This document shows, piece by piece, positions 30,330-43,305 of a stretch of DNA of 64,000 nt. The DNA lies in contig OZ024760.1 of the NCBI GenBank assembly GCA_964016885.1, forward strand, positions 3,720,001 to 3,784,000. The letters are read 5' to 3'. The stretch is from Eledone cirrhosa (lineage: Eukaryota). The notes beneath the pieces are model-generated. The model worked only from the letters and a program-made list of their open reading frames with translations. It was not told the origin of the DNA and made no database searches. Numbering within the stretch: position 1 is the stretch's first letter; each line of letters starts with the position of its first letter. The position numbers and the translations under genes are program-made.

Positions 30330-32095
30330 AGAGTGTGGGGCTGTGAGGTTTTTACCGTGTTGCTTACACGGCCACATTACAGCGTGGACTGTGTGTTTTT
30401 TGTCGTGACACCTAAACGATCTCATTTGTTTCGGCCTGGATGTTGTGGTACCAACATAACTTTACATTGAAAGAGGCAGTGTGGATGGGGTGGGGGTGGT
30501 GGGATGGGGGTGTATTTTGTTAGAGATGCCTACTGACTGTAGTAGGTTTTACTTTGTATTTAGATAAGGCGGGTCTTCTCTATTACTGAGTACCGCCAAA
30601 GGTCTCGGTCCAGTGACATTGTCTTGGAGAGGTGTAAGTGTGTGAGGTCGGAATTTATCAGCTCGTCCCATGTTTTTCTGGGTCTGCCTACTCCGTAGCT
30701 ACTGTCTATCTTTATTGCCCTGCACTTTGTTATACAACTGTCGTCTTTCATGCGCATCACGTGACCATACCAACGTAGCCTTCTCTCAAGTAAACATCTG
30801 ATCCCTCTTATTTCTAATTTTTTCCTTAGTTCGCTTATGCTTTGCCGTTCACATATGTTACTATTACACATCCAGCGGAGCATGCAAGCTTCGTTCCTCT
30901 CTAGTCTGCGTATATCCTCTGCACACAATGCCCAGGTCTCACTGCCATGCAACATTGCTGTTCGTATGCAGGCATCATACAACTTGCCTTTCATTTTTAG
31001 GGAGAACCCTTTAGTGACTAATAGTTGTATAAGCTCTCTGAACTTTTTCCATCCAGTTCTGACTCTAGCTACTGTACTTTCAGAGCACCCTTCCCCACTG
31101 CTGATTTTGTCACCCAGGTAACGGAAGCTGTCCACTATTTCTATAGAACTCTCTGCGCAATTGAAAGAGCTAGTATTCTGTGGGCACTTGCTGCTACTTA
31201 TTGCACCAGAGCACCGGCCACATGTAAAATCTATGTTCTTAGTTAGCTTACCTGTGATCCCACTACATCTTTTATGCACCCATACTTTGCATTTGGGACA
31301 TAAAATGGAGTTTCTACCTACGCCTTTCCTACACACTGAGCATGGCCATAGCCAGTCTTGAACTCCACTGTTATAGCCTGAAGGGCAATAATAAATAGTA
31401 GGGGGCTAAGAACAGAGCCCTGATGAACACCAACTTTTACACTAAACTCTTCACTATATTCGTTGTTAATTCTAACCTTGCTGACTGTTTCTTTATACAT
31501 GGCTTGTATAGCTCTCACAAGCCATTCGTCAACACCTAGTTTTCTAAGAGCCCACCAGATAATGGAACGGGGGACTCTGTCGAAGGCTTTCTCCAAGTCA
31601 ACAAAAGCTAAGTATAGAGGTTTACTTTTAGCTAGGTACTTCTCCTGTAGTTGTCGTACAATGAAAAGAGCGTCTGTGGTACTTTTGCCTGACACAAAAC
31701 CGAACTGCATTTCATCTAGATTAATTCTCTCTCTGATTAGTTGCGCTATTACTTTTTCCGTGACCTTCATGACCTCGTCGATTAATTTAATGCCTCTATA
31801 GTTACTCCTATCTAGGGCATCTCTTACCCTTGTAACAATTAATGATGATGCTGCTACGCCAGTCCTTCGGAACAACCCCATTCTGTATGACTTGGTTTAC
31901 TATCCGGGTGACCATGGTGTGTCCCACCGTTCCAGAGGCTTTCAACATCTCAGCAACTATTTCCGAAGGCCCAGCCGCCTTACCCATCTTCATATCTTTG
32001 ATTGCCTTACTTATTATACTACCTTCGACTAACACTGCTGGTCCCTCTATTGGGTCGATGTGGGGGAGACTGTCTTTCTCCCATTTATTCTCCTC
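30330..32095 (-). pseudogene. RTE LINE, 5'-truncated and frameshifted, with an internal deletion of the catalytic YADD region
   Basis: KAAGPSEI, NYRGIKL, MQFGF, AFVDLEKAFDRVPR, GVHQGSVLSPLLF then directly WPCSVC. Confidence 0.93.
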
Positions 32096-32136
32096 TATAT
32101 AAATATATATATATATAAATATATATATATATAAAT

Positions 32137-32169
<33 letters not shown>

Positions 32170-32172
32170 AAT

Positions 32173-32206
<34 letters not shown>

Positions 32207-32212
32207 TTATAT

Positions 32213-34669
32213 AGAGAAGTAACACCACAAGAGCATGAGGATAGGGAAAAAGCCATCAATGCCCATATGGTGATGTGGACAAATGTAATGCAGCCCAACT
32301 AAAGGACTGCCAACAACTTCCAGGCCTGGAACAATGACGTGCCAGCGTTGTATGGGCTTCGAAAAGACCATAAAATGAGCAGTGACCCTGTCACAGGACC
32401 ACCAACACCGCCAGTCTGTGGAGCTAACATTGCTAGTAACTACAGACTTTCATACTTCCTCTCCCTGATCATACGCCCCATCATTGAAATGTCCCCGGAT
32501 ATATGTGACAGCACAGGGGACTTCCTCAGCAGAATCGGCGAGAGTAACTGATCTAGGGACCTAACAAACTGCATAATAGGTAGTATGGATGTTGTGTCCC
32601 TGTATCCATCTATTGACGTGGAGAAATGCGTAGAAATGATCAGTGAGAGCAATGTTGAATTCCGTGGAATTGATACCAGTGAGCTGGGTCTCCTACTTAA
32701 ACTTACCTATAGTAATAATTATCTAGATACATATGGCCTTAGCAACCTGTGCCCTACAAGACAAGCAAGAGGCAGACCACCTACCATTACCTCAATGGTC
32801 AAGAAAACCCACACCGATAAATGGAACGGGTGGACCAGAGCCATACGGATCCCCGAAAACCACGATGAACTAAAGAAAATGATTGAAAATGCGGTGGGGG
32901 CCAGCATAAAACTAACCCTTAAGGAACATATGTTCAAATTTAATAGAAAATCATATGCCCAAGAGGAAGGAGCAGCCATTGGTGTTAGCATTGCAGGCGA
33001 CATAGCTAACTTATTCATGGTATAGTAGGACAGTAGACTTAAACTTAAAGATCAATTAGAAGACCCCTTAACCCTGATAATGTACTCCCGCTACGTTGAT
33101 GATATAAACATCGTAGTTAAGACACCCCCACTAGAGAACAGTCAGGAATTAGAGAAAAACACAATGGAAAGCATCCAGCAAATAGCTAACTCCATCCACC
33201 AGAGTATTAGAGATACGATAGACTACCCAAGCAAACACCCCAACCATCGATTACCTGTACTAGACACAGAGCTCTGGTTAGATACCATTAATAACAAAAA
33301 ACATCCTCCATTCCCATTATGCCAAACCCATGACTTCCAAATATCTGATCCACCGAAACTCAGCTGTTTCGGACCATACCAAAATCAACATACTGATTGC
33401 GGATTTGGTACGGGTGATGAGAAACGTGTCCCGCATGTGCAACCCCGAAGAACTAGAGAGACACATACAACACTTTATCCACCGTATGCAGTTCTCTGGT
33501 TACAATCAGAGAGATAAAATCAGAGTATATAGAGGAGCCAGAACCAAATGGGAAAAAATGGTAAATAATGACACAAATGGGACCTGCCCCTTATATAGGA
33601 GCAAATTTTGGAATAGAATAGAAAGAACTAGGAATAAGGCTAATAGAATAAACTCATGGTATGATAGCAATAAATACCAGAGTGTAATGTTCATCGATAC
33701 AACCCCTAGAAGTGAATTAGCTTACAAATTTAGAAGGGCCCTAGATAAACATAAACTCAATATTAAGATAGTAGAAAGACCAGGTACCTCCATAAAAACA
33801 CTTATTAGCAAGACATACCCTTTTCAAAGACCTCCCTGTATAGATAAGAAATGTATAATCTGTAAATTAAGCCCCCATATTAACTGTAAAACTAGAAATG
33901 TAGTATATAGCATAAGATGTACTGAAGGACAATGTAGAGATAAAAATATAGTGTACATAGGTGAGATAGCTCGTAGTATAGGGGAACGGATACATGAACA
34001 CTGGCGAGACCTTCAAGATAATAAAGAATCATCTGTACTCTACCAACATGCTAAAATAGAACATAAGGGTAAATTAGAGAACATAGAAATAAAAATAGAA
34101 TCTACACACAGAAAAGACGCAATGTTTAGACAAATCACAGAGGCAATAAACATAAATGAATTACAACCAAAATTAAATAGAAAACATGAGTGGAACAGCA
34201 ACATCACAACTTACAATTAAGGACAAAATGAAAACACACACGCACATAGAACAAACAACCAACCAGTAACATGTAAATAAACAAATAAATAAACAAATAT
34301 AAACACATACAGACACCCGGATGTAACACATGCGCAAACTAAGCACACAACACACACACAAAAATTAGGTGGCGTAGGACAGAACAAAGGAGAGGCACAA
34401 AAACAAAGAAAATAATCCCCAGTCACTGAAGAGGTCACAGAATGTGTGACGAAAGAACTTTGACAATATATAAACAATCATCTGGTTGTTGAACCAACCA
34501 ACCAACCGGAAATTTATAAATTCCTAAATTTATAAATTTATAATAAATTGAAGTGAAAGAAACTGGTGCGTGTGTTTCTTATTGTCAACATGACCCTCCC
34601 AGAGTATAACAATATTGGTTTCAACACACGTTTTCAGATAAAGAATGTTGCTAAACAAATTCAGAAATG

Positions 34670-34672
<3 letters not shown>
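32213..34672 (+). mobile_element. Neptune/Nematis-type Penelope-like element, 5'-truncated, with stops and frameshifts: RT, zinc linker, GIY-YIG, 3' pLTR
   Basis: LYGLRKDHK, MDVVSLYPSID, QEEGAAIG..IANLFM, YSRYVDDI, PVLD; CIDKKCIIC, VVY..YIGE..RSIGERIHEH. Confidence 0.9.
34422..34464 (+). ncRNA. Minimal type-I HHR in the PLE pLTR
   Basis: gtca CTGAAGA g gtcaca-gaatg-tgtgac GAAA gaac TT tgac. Confidence 0.85.
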
Positions 34673-34710
<38 letters not shown>

Positions 34711-34752
34711 TTTATATATATATATTTATATATATATATTTATATATATATA

Positions 34753-34845
<93 letters not shown>

Positions 34846-34862
34846 TAGATATATATATTTTG

Positions 34863-34893
<31 letters not shown>

Positions 34894-34960
34894 TATATAT
34901 ATATATTTATATATATATTTATTTATATATATATTTATATATATATACATTTATATATAC

Positions 34961-35020
<60 letters not shown>

Positions 35021-35224
35021 TTATATATATTTATTTATATATATTTATATATATATATATATTCATATATATATATATATATTTATATATATATGTATTT
35101 ATATATTTATATTTATATATATGTATTTATATATATGTATTTATATATTTATATATTATATATATATTTATATATATGTATTTATATATATGTTTATATA
35201 TTTATATATATGTATTTATATATT

Positions 35225-35256
<32 letters not shown>

Positions 35257-35264
35257 TATATATT

Positions 35265-35295
<31 letters not shown>

Positions 35296-35321
35296 ATTTA
35301 TATATATATATATTTATATAT

Positions 35322-35357
<36 letters not shown>

Positions 35358-35562
35358 TATATATATATATATTTTTATATATATATATATATATAAAATA
35401 TATATATATATATATAAAATATATATATATATATAAAATATATTTATATATATAGTAATAATAATAAATTTTAAGACTAAAATCTTTGCTTAAACATTCT
35501 GTTATTTTAATAAATATTTATATATATATATATTTATTTATATATATATATATTTATATTTA

Positions 35563-35595
<33 letters not shown>

Positions 35596-35689
35596 ATATA
35601 TACATTTATATAAAAAGAGCGGAGCAAGCGGTTATCAAACAATTTTCTAAATAAATTAAAAAACGATTTAAATAATCACCTGTTCTATT

Positions 35690-35774
35690 GCTGTTACCGA
35701 CGGTTTCACCATTCCAAATATTGGAAATCCAGACCAGAGAATTTCCAATGGAAAGAAATGGATCTTCAGACAGC
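35690..35774 (-). ncRNA. Type-I HHR with long stem II
   Basis: gctgt CTGAAGA tccatttc..attggaaat..atttccaat..ggaatggt GAAA ccgtcgg TA acagc. Confidence 0.82.
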
Positions 35775-36164
35775 TTATTTCCATACTATAAAGTTGCCAG
35801 CCTTACAGAAAGTAAATAGTTCGCTTCCTACCCAACGCATGCGGTCAAGCCGTTAAAATGACACACACGCAAAATCAGGTCGCAGATAATAATAGCTGTT
35901 TATTATAAACGTGTTGATACTGCCACTAAAATTAGTAGCATTATTCAACGTTTTGTTCTCTACATAAGGAGAAAAATTATAAAAGTGGATGAATACTTCA
36001 ACAGGCACGAAGTACTTGTAGAAATATGCAAGGTGTTTATAATATTTGTGGTTCGATGGTACTAATTTGAGATACCAGAACAATATAAAAAGAGCAGAGC
36101 AAGCGGTTATCAAACAATTTTCTAAATAAATTAAAAAACGATTTAAATAATCACCTGTTTTATT

Positions 36165-36244
36165 GCTATTACCGACGGTTTCACCATTCCAAATATTGGA
36201 AATCCAGAGAATTTCCAATGGAAAGAAATGGATCTTCAGACAGC
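36165..36244 (-). ncRNA. Second copy of the long-stem-II HHR
   Basis: As 35690-35774; stem I gctgt/atagc keeps pairing via G-U. Confidence 0.82.
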
Positions 36245-36324
36245 TTATTTCCATACTATAAACACCTTGCATATTTCTACAAGTACTTCGTGCCTGTTGA
36301 AGTATTCATCCACTTTTATACATT

Positions 36325-36357
<33 letters not shown>

Positions 36358-36438
36358 ATATATTTATATTTATATTTATATATATATATACATTTATATA
36401 TATATATATATAAATATATATATATATTTATATATATT

Positions 36439-36471
<33 letters not shown>

Positions 36472-36472
36472 T

Positions 36473-36527
<55 letters not shown>

Positions 36528-36528
36528 T

Positions 36529-36566
<38 letters not shown>

Positions 36567-36584
36567 TATGTATATATATATATT

Positions 36585-36615
<31 letters not shown>

Positions 36616-36664
36616 TTATATTTATATATTTATATAATTATATATATATTTATATATATATATA

Positions 36665-36917
36665 TATTGTTATACTTTGGGAGGGTCATGTTGCCAATAA
36701 GAAACACGCGCACCAGTTGCTTTCACTTCAATTTATTATAATAAATTTATAAATTTCTGGTTGGTTGGTTGGTTCCACAACCAGATAGTTGTTTATATAT
36801 TGTCATAGTTCTTTCGTCACACACTCTGTGACCTCTTCAGTGACTGGGGATTCTTTTCTTCTTTGTTTTTGTGCCTCTCCTTTGTTCTGTCCTACACCAT
36901 TTTGTTTCTGTGTGTGT
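36665..36917 (-). mobile_element. Inverted solo pLTR of the Neptune-type PLE with HHR at 36802-36844 (CUA triplet)
   Basis: Reverse complement of ~34357-34613. Confidence 0.88.
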
Positions 36918-36999
36918 CACAGAAACAAAATGCTTAACACTATAACTAAATAATTATAAACACTTCACTACCAAGCCCGCCTCCTATCTTAATGGTCGC

Positions 37000-37150
37000 T
37001 TATATTTATGGTACGTCAAAATTATTTATAAAACTGTTTATATATTATCTGGCGAAGGCATGCCATATTTTTAATATGGTATCCCTGAAATATGTATAAT
37101 GAAATAAATATGGTTTTATAAATATAGTTTCCATTTGTTTAATATCGTAT
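37000..37150 (+). mobile_element. Solo pLTR of the 54.9k family with core-mutated HHR (CTGGCGA, 37041-37106)
   Basis: Homology to ~54870-55020. Confidence 0.75.
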
Positions 37151-37183
37151 ATATTTATATATATATATTTATATACATATATT

Positions 37184-37240
<57 letters not shown>

Positions 37241-37283
37241 ATATATTTATATATATATATATTTATATTTATATATATATATT

Positions 37284-37322
<39 letters not shown>

Positions 37323-37331
37323 ATATATTTA

Positions 37332-37376
<45 letters not shown>

Positions 37377-37581
37377 ATTTATATATATATATTTATATAT
37401 ATACATATATTTATATATATATATTTATATATATATTTATATATATCTATATATAAATTTATATATATATATTTATATATGTATGAATGAAGTAATTCCG
37501 TGGAAAAGTCCAGGAAAAAAGAGTGCTCTATGTAGGTAACAGAGCTTAATAGTTATGTAATAAACAACATAAGGCAATTAC

Positions 37582-37643
37582 TTCATTTACCAGTGGTTTC
37601 TTAAAAGCAAAAACATTTTTTTGAATTCAATCATCAGAATCAA
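37582..37643 (-). ncRNA. Type-I HHR
   Basis: ttgatt CTGATGA ttgaa-tt-caaaaa-aatg-tttttg-ct-tttaa GAAA ccactgg TA aatgaa. Confidence 0.65.
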
Positions 37644-38168
37644 AAAATCCTGGTGTATTTATTGGCGTTGGATTTTTAAAAACAAAAATGCAATCTATAT
37701 GAAAGTGAGGCTGGAAAAGGAAGGAAAGGAAAAATAAAATAAAAACACACATGCAAACACACACACACACACAATCATATACATACACACATACATACAC
37801 ACATATACACACACACACATATATGTGTATATATATACATACACATACATACATACACACAATCATACGTACATACATACACATACATACACACATATAC
37901 ATGCATTCACAAAAATAGGATTATATACACAGTCCTCTACATACTCACACACAAATAAATATAATAAATATATAGTAATAAAAAATAAATATAAAGACTT
38001 ATAATGTTGACAGCGATACAGGCAACAAATAAATGAACAAACACACGTGGTAAGCAATACGCACAAATGCACGTACACATACATACGTAAAAATAAATAC
38101 ATACACACTCTCTCACACATAAATATACATATACATAAACATATACATACGCATACACACACATATAC

Positions 38169-38204
<36 letters not shown>

Positions 38205-38640
38205 ATACATAGCCATACAAATATGCACATACATATACATACATATCACAAACACATACATACAAATACAAACACACACATATATATGTGTGTAAAACTC
38301 ATTCTTAGATAATTCATATGAAACTTATTTAACTCTAATATATATATAAAAACAAATAACGAAACGAAATTAAATTTCGTTTCGCTTCTAACTCACTTTT
38401 GTATGACTGACGCTTAAATAATTAAGTTAAAGTGTACATCTACATATGTATACGGAAGTACTAGTATGCATATAAATACACACATGTATACATATGTACA
38501 TGTACCGAGTTTTTCACTAGACACTTTACAGTGAGTGTCCAGCTAGTCTGTATGTAAACAAACAGACGAACCGGGTTTTAAAGTCATACGAGTTTTCAAG
38601 GAAACACACTTCCTCTATTCTCCAGAGAGCCAGACAGGAA

Positions 38641-38673
38641 TATTGGACTAGTTTCGATGTTATTACATCTCAT

Positions 38674-38676
<3 letters not shown>
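38641..38676 (-). ncRNA. 5'-truncated HHR, diverged homologue of the 467-bp unit HHR
   Basis: TGATGA gatgt-aata-acatc GAAA ctag TC caata; 5' strand of stem I replaced by (TA)n. Confidence 0.7.
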
Positions 38677-38749
<73 letters not shown>

Positions 38750-39049
38750 TAAATTAATATATGATAAACATTTACATGTTTTAGTTGCAATTGACTAATA
38801 AAATAGTTAGAATGAAATATCTTAATTCAAATACATATAGTTTGCCTGTATGATCTAAAAAATAATAAATCAATACTCACAAACCCATATGGGCAAGGCC
38901 TTTTGCCCATATGGGTTTGTGAGTATTGATTTATTATTTTTTAGATCATACAGGCAAACTATATGTATTTGAATTAAGATATTTCATTCTAACTATTTTA
39001 TTAGTCAATTGCAACTAAAACATGTAAATGTTTATCATATATTAATTTA
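38750..39049. repeat. Perfect inverted repeat, ~147-bp arms, 6-nt spacer
   Basis: Centre cccatatgggcaa-ggcctt-ttgcccatatggg. Confidence 0.95.
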
Positions 39050-39137
39050 TACTGCTCAGAAGCGATTCTTAGAGCTGAAATAATTGGAAATGGCCCCATT
39101 GAGTGTAAACTCTAAGTTATATTATATATATATATAT

Positions 39138-39180
<43 letters not shown>

Positions 39181-39328
39181 CACATACACATATATACACA
39201 TACACATACATACATACTCACATACACATATATACCTACACACATATATATACATACACATACGTATGCATACGTACACACACACACACATATACATATA
39301 TAACTAAATATATATATATATGAGAAAG

Positions 39329-39385
<57 letters not shown>

Positions 39386-39504
39386 ATACTTTGGGAGGGT
39401 CATGTTGCCAATATCTTATTGGCAACATGACCCTCCCAAAGTATAACAATATCGGTTTCAACACACGATTTCAGATAAAGAATCTTGCTAAACAAATTCA
39501 GAAA

Positions 39505-39561
<57 letters not shown>

Positions 39562-39599
39562 AATATATATATATATAAAAAATATAAATATTGTATATA

Positions 39600-41576
39600 T
39601 AAAAGAAAGTTGGCCTTGCAAGTTGACCTTGCGAAGTTGGCTTTGCAAGTAAAAAAATCTTAAGAAAAATAATTCTCCAAATTAGAACTAAGACTGACCT
39701 ATCACAGTGGCTAAATACTTCCTCTGTTATTTCTTGGTTTAATAATATACAAGGTAAAAATAAGTGTAGATTTACCCAATTTGATATTGTTGATTTTTAC
39801 CCCTCTATTACTGTTTCCTTATTAACTAATGCCTTAGAGTTTGCAAGACCCTTTATTAATATTTCTAAATTAGAAGAAGACATTATCTTTCATGCTAGAA
39901 AAACTTTACTCTTTACTAATGAAAATATTTGGGTTAAAAAGTCAAACCCTGAAAACTCTTTTGATGTTGCAGTGGGTTCATATGACAGTGCGGATGTGTG
40001 TGACTTAGTAGGATTATTCCTTCTCCACACCCTCAAAGAGAAATTTCCTTCCTATAATATCGGTTTATACCGTGATGACGGATTGGCAGTTTCTCATACT
40101 ACCAACGGCCATAACCTTGATAAATTCCGTAAAGATTTAATCAATACTTTTGCTAATCTTAACCTTAAAATTACTATAGATACGAACCTTACCAATGCTA
40201 ACTTTCTTGACATTAATCTTGATCTACTTACCGCCTCTTTTAAACCTTATCATAAACCTAATGAAAATCTTAGGTATATACACAGAGTCTTGCCATCCCC
40301 CTATAGTTTTTAAAAATCTTATTCCCAATATTAGCCGTAGGATTTCTACCTTATCTTCGTCTATAGATATTTTTAATAAAGCCGCCCCTTATTATAATAA
40401 AGCCCTTAAAAACAGCGGTTTAACAGAACAAATTTATTATTTATCTACCCCCCCCCCCCCTAAAACTAGCCACAATAATAGGAAAAGGAAAATTATTTGG
40501 TTTACACCCCCTTCTCTCTAACTGTCAAAACTAATGTAGGAAGGAAATTCCTTGAAATCTTAGATAAACATTTTCCTCCTAATCATAGATATTATAAGAT
40601 ATTTAATAGAAATGTCGTTAAGATCAGTTAGTTACTCTTGTTGCCCATCAATGAAGTCCAAGATCACTAATACAAATCATACGAGAACAAATCCAGGATG
40701 CAGTTGCAGGAAGCCGGATGAATACCCATTACAGGACAAATGTAACACCAAATTTGTTGTTTATGAGGCTAAAGTGACACCTTTAATCAACAACCAGCCA
40801 GCCAGGAGTGAGCGATATGTTGGCATGACCCAGAACAGGTTTAAAACCAGGTTTTATGCACATGTCGCTTCTTTTAAGCACTCCGATAAACGAACAGCAA
40901 CGGCCCTCGCAAGTAAGGTGTGGGAATTCAAGGATAAAAACATCCCGTACTCTATCGATAGGTCTATTTTAGACCATTCGAGGGAGTACCAAAGGGGCAC
41001 AAAGAATTGTTCTTTGTGTACCACAGAAAAAGATAGGATTTTGCTAAACTTGAAAGCCACTTCTGCTTGCCTGAACTCAAAGACCGAGATCTTCAGATGT
41101 TGTCCTCATCTGAAATCACATTTGATCTGTAACTGGCTTGACATTCCTATGATAACTCAACCACCTTGAACTCCTTTTTTGCTCTTTACTTCCACTACGG
41201 TTTTTTTACCTGCTGAATCCACGTTTTGTATTCTCTTTCTCCCTTATCTCCCTTTATATTTAAACCTTTTCCTATGTCATTTATTTCCCCCCTCTTTTCC
41301 TCCCTATTTTTTTATTTTTAGATATTAATTTTGTTTTGTTGCGTATATGTATGTATGTGTGTATATATGTATATGTGTGTGTATATATATATAAATATAT
41401 ATATATATATGTATATATATATGTGTATGTATATGTGTGTGTATATGTATATGTGTATGTATATATGTGTGTATGTATGTTTATATTTATCTGTATGTAT
41501 ATGTATATATAATCGTATATATTATATATTTCTGTTGTATTTGTGCGCGTGTGGGTATATATTTATATATATTTAT

Positions 41577-41630
<54 letters not shown>

Positions 41631-41960
41631 ATGTATATATGTGTATGTATGTATGTGTGTGTATGGGCGTGTGTATATTTGTGCGTGTATATGTATTTTT
41701 ATATATTGGTTTTGTGTGTATATATATAATAGCCTCAGAAACGGCTTGAGCTCTGCCGTGGGATCACACTTTTTCCTATGTGTGTGTGTATATATATATA
41801 TACGTAATTGTATGTGTGTGTGTATTTTTGTGGTTGTGATTTTGTGTGTGTGTGTGTATATATATGTATAAGGGTGTATGTATATGCATCATTACATATA
41901 GTGATTTAATGATTATTTTCATTGATCTTTTGCTCCAGGAATTGTTGAGTGCTCTAAAAC
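39600..41960 (+). mobile_element. Hydra-like PLE, 5'-truncated and frameshifted (RT and GIY-YIG to 41169, then 3' region)
   Basis: [70 protein letters not shown]. Confidence 0.9.
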
Positions 41961-42384
41961 TGCTATAAGCATTTATACCCTTTTCTAAATATATATTTTT
42001 TATTTATTATTTGTCGTATTCCCAACTTTTTATTTTTATTTTTATTTTTATATATACAATATTTTTTTTTTTAATATATACAATATTTATTTATTTTTTA
42101 TATATATATATATATATAATATTTATGTTCTTTCTCATATATATATATATATATATTTATGTATACGTACATACATATATGTATACAGACGTACAGTAGC
42201 ATGTATATATATATATATATATATATACATACATGCAGGTACACATACATATATGCACGCATCAGTTTAGCAGGCGCTTATTATAGCGCTGCTTTGTTCG
42301 TTTGTCAACAAACTGAACAGCCTGAATTTATGCCATACGGTGTTAAGGCAACCACGTCACCTTTTTGTTCAACACTGACACAGG

Positions 42385-42429
42385 AACGATGTACTAGTTT
42401 CAAGCTTGTTAGCTATCATCAGCACCGTT
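42385..42429 (-). ncRNA. Type-I HHR of the 467-bp unit; identical copies at 43478-43522, 43945-43989, 44412-44456 (-)
   Basis: aacggtg CTGATGA t agct-aaca-agct t GAAA ctag TA catcgtt. Confidence 0.88.
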
Positions 42430-42697
42430 TACCCATCTGCCAGATAGTTGAACGTTCGAAAGTATATACTTTCCTTATGAAAATTAACGGCTGAGCAGCC
42501 TAATTTGCATATTGAGTGAGTTAAATCGGTCAGGCATACCGAAAACGATAAGTTGAAAAAAATGAAAACGAAAAACGAAATTTCATTTCTCACTCTTAGT
42601 ATGGCACTTACTTAAATGTAAGTATGTATGTATACGTACATACATATATGTATACAGACGTACAGTAGCATGTATATATATATATATATATATATAT

Positions 42698-43305
42698 GGT
42701 GGCTGCCAACTCGTTTTCGAGTACGGCCACTACTTTATATCCATGTAGGAGAACCCCTACCGATGCGCTGAACGAGTGTGACTTTTTAGTCCAGCCAGCG
42801 ACTTGAAAACTCTGGTACAAACACTACACTTGTGACAATTATTGACACATAGTGCTGGGCCCATGGTACCATGTGACGGCAAGTGCAGAGAGATCTCCAG
42901 ATATAAAGCAATGCCTGTGCCGTGAAGCTTTTATAGTGAGCAAAGGCACTGCACAAAGCCAGTCCCACTCTCTTAACCAAGATGATATTTACCAAAAAGA
43001 AGAACAAGTCAACATCATTGGATACCATCAGGGTTGCAGGTGTTATATCAGAGCTTTCCTTCTCCTAGAATTCTGCCTTGACAAAGGCTAAGGGGCCATC
43101 TCTCCCAGTGATTTTGGATGGCCATTGACTCTTAAGAGCTCCTTTGCCCTTTGACAGGTTTTGTTTTTAGTCCTGCAGGATGTCCAAATTCACCCTCCTC
43201 ACCAAGAAACCTTGGTGGGGTTGCCAGTTTAGTCGCCAACGACTCGACCATGAAACAGGTTGTACTGGGATACATGTTACCAGTAGCACCAAGTGGTGAC
43301 CTGAC
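42698..43305 (-). mobile_element. 610-bp bipartite RTE-derived element inserted in the (TA)n of an array unit
   Basis: Reverse complement of 11345-11952. Confidence 0.9.

Larger units (their letters stand above)
35612..36320 (-). mobile_element. ORF-less HHR-bearing repeat: direct repeats 35612-35792 and 36085-36262 (~473-bp period), plus inverted piece 36257-36320
   Basis: Direct comparison; 36257-36320 is the reverse complement of ~35979-36041. Confidence 0.8.
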
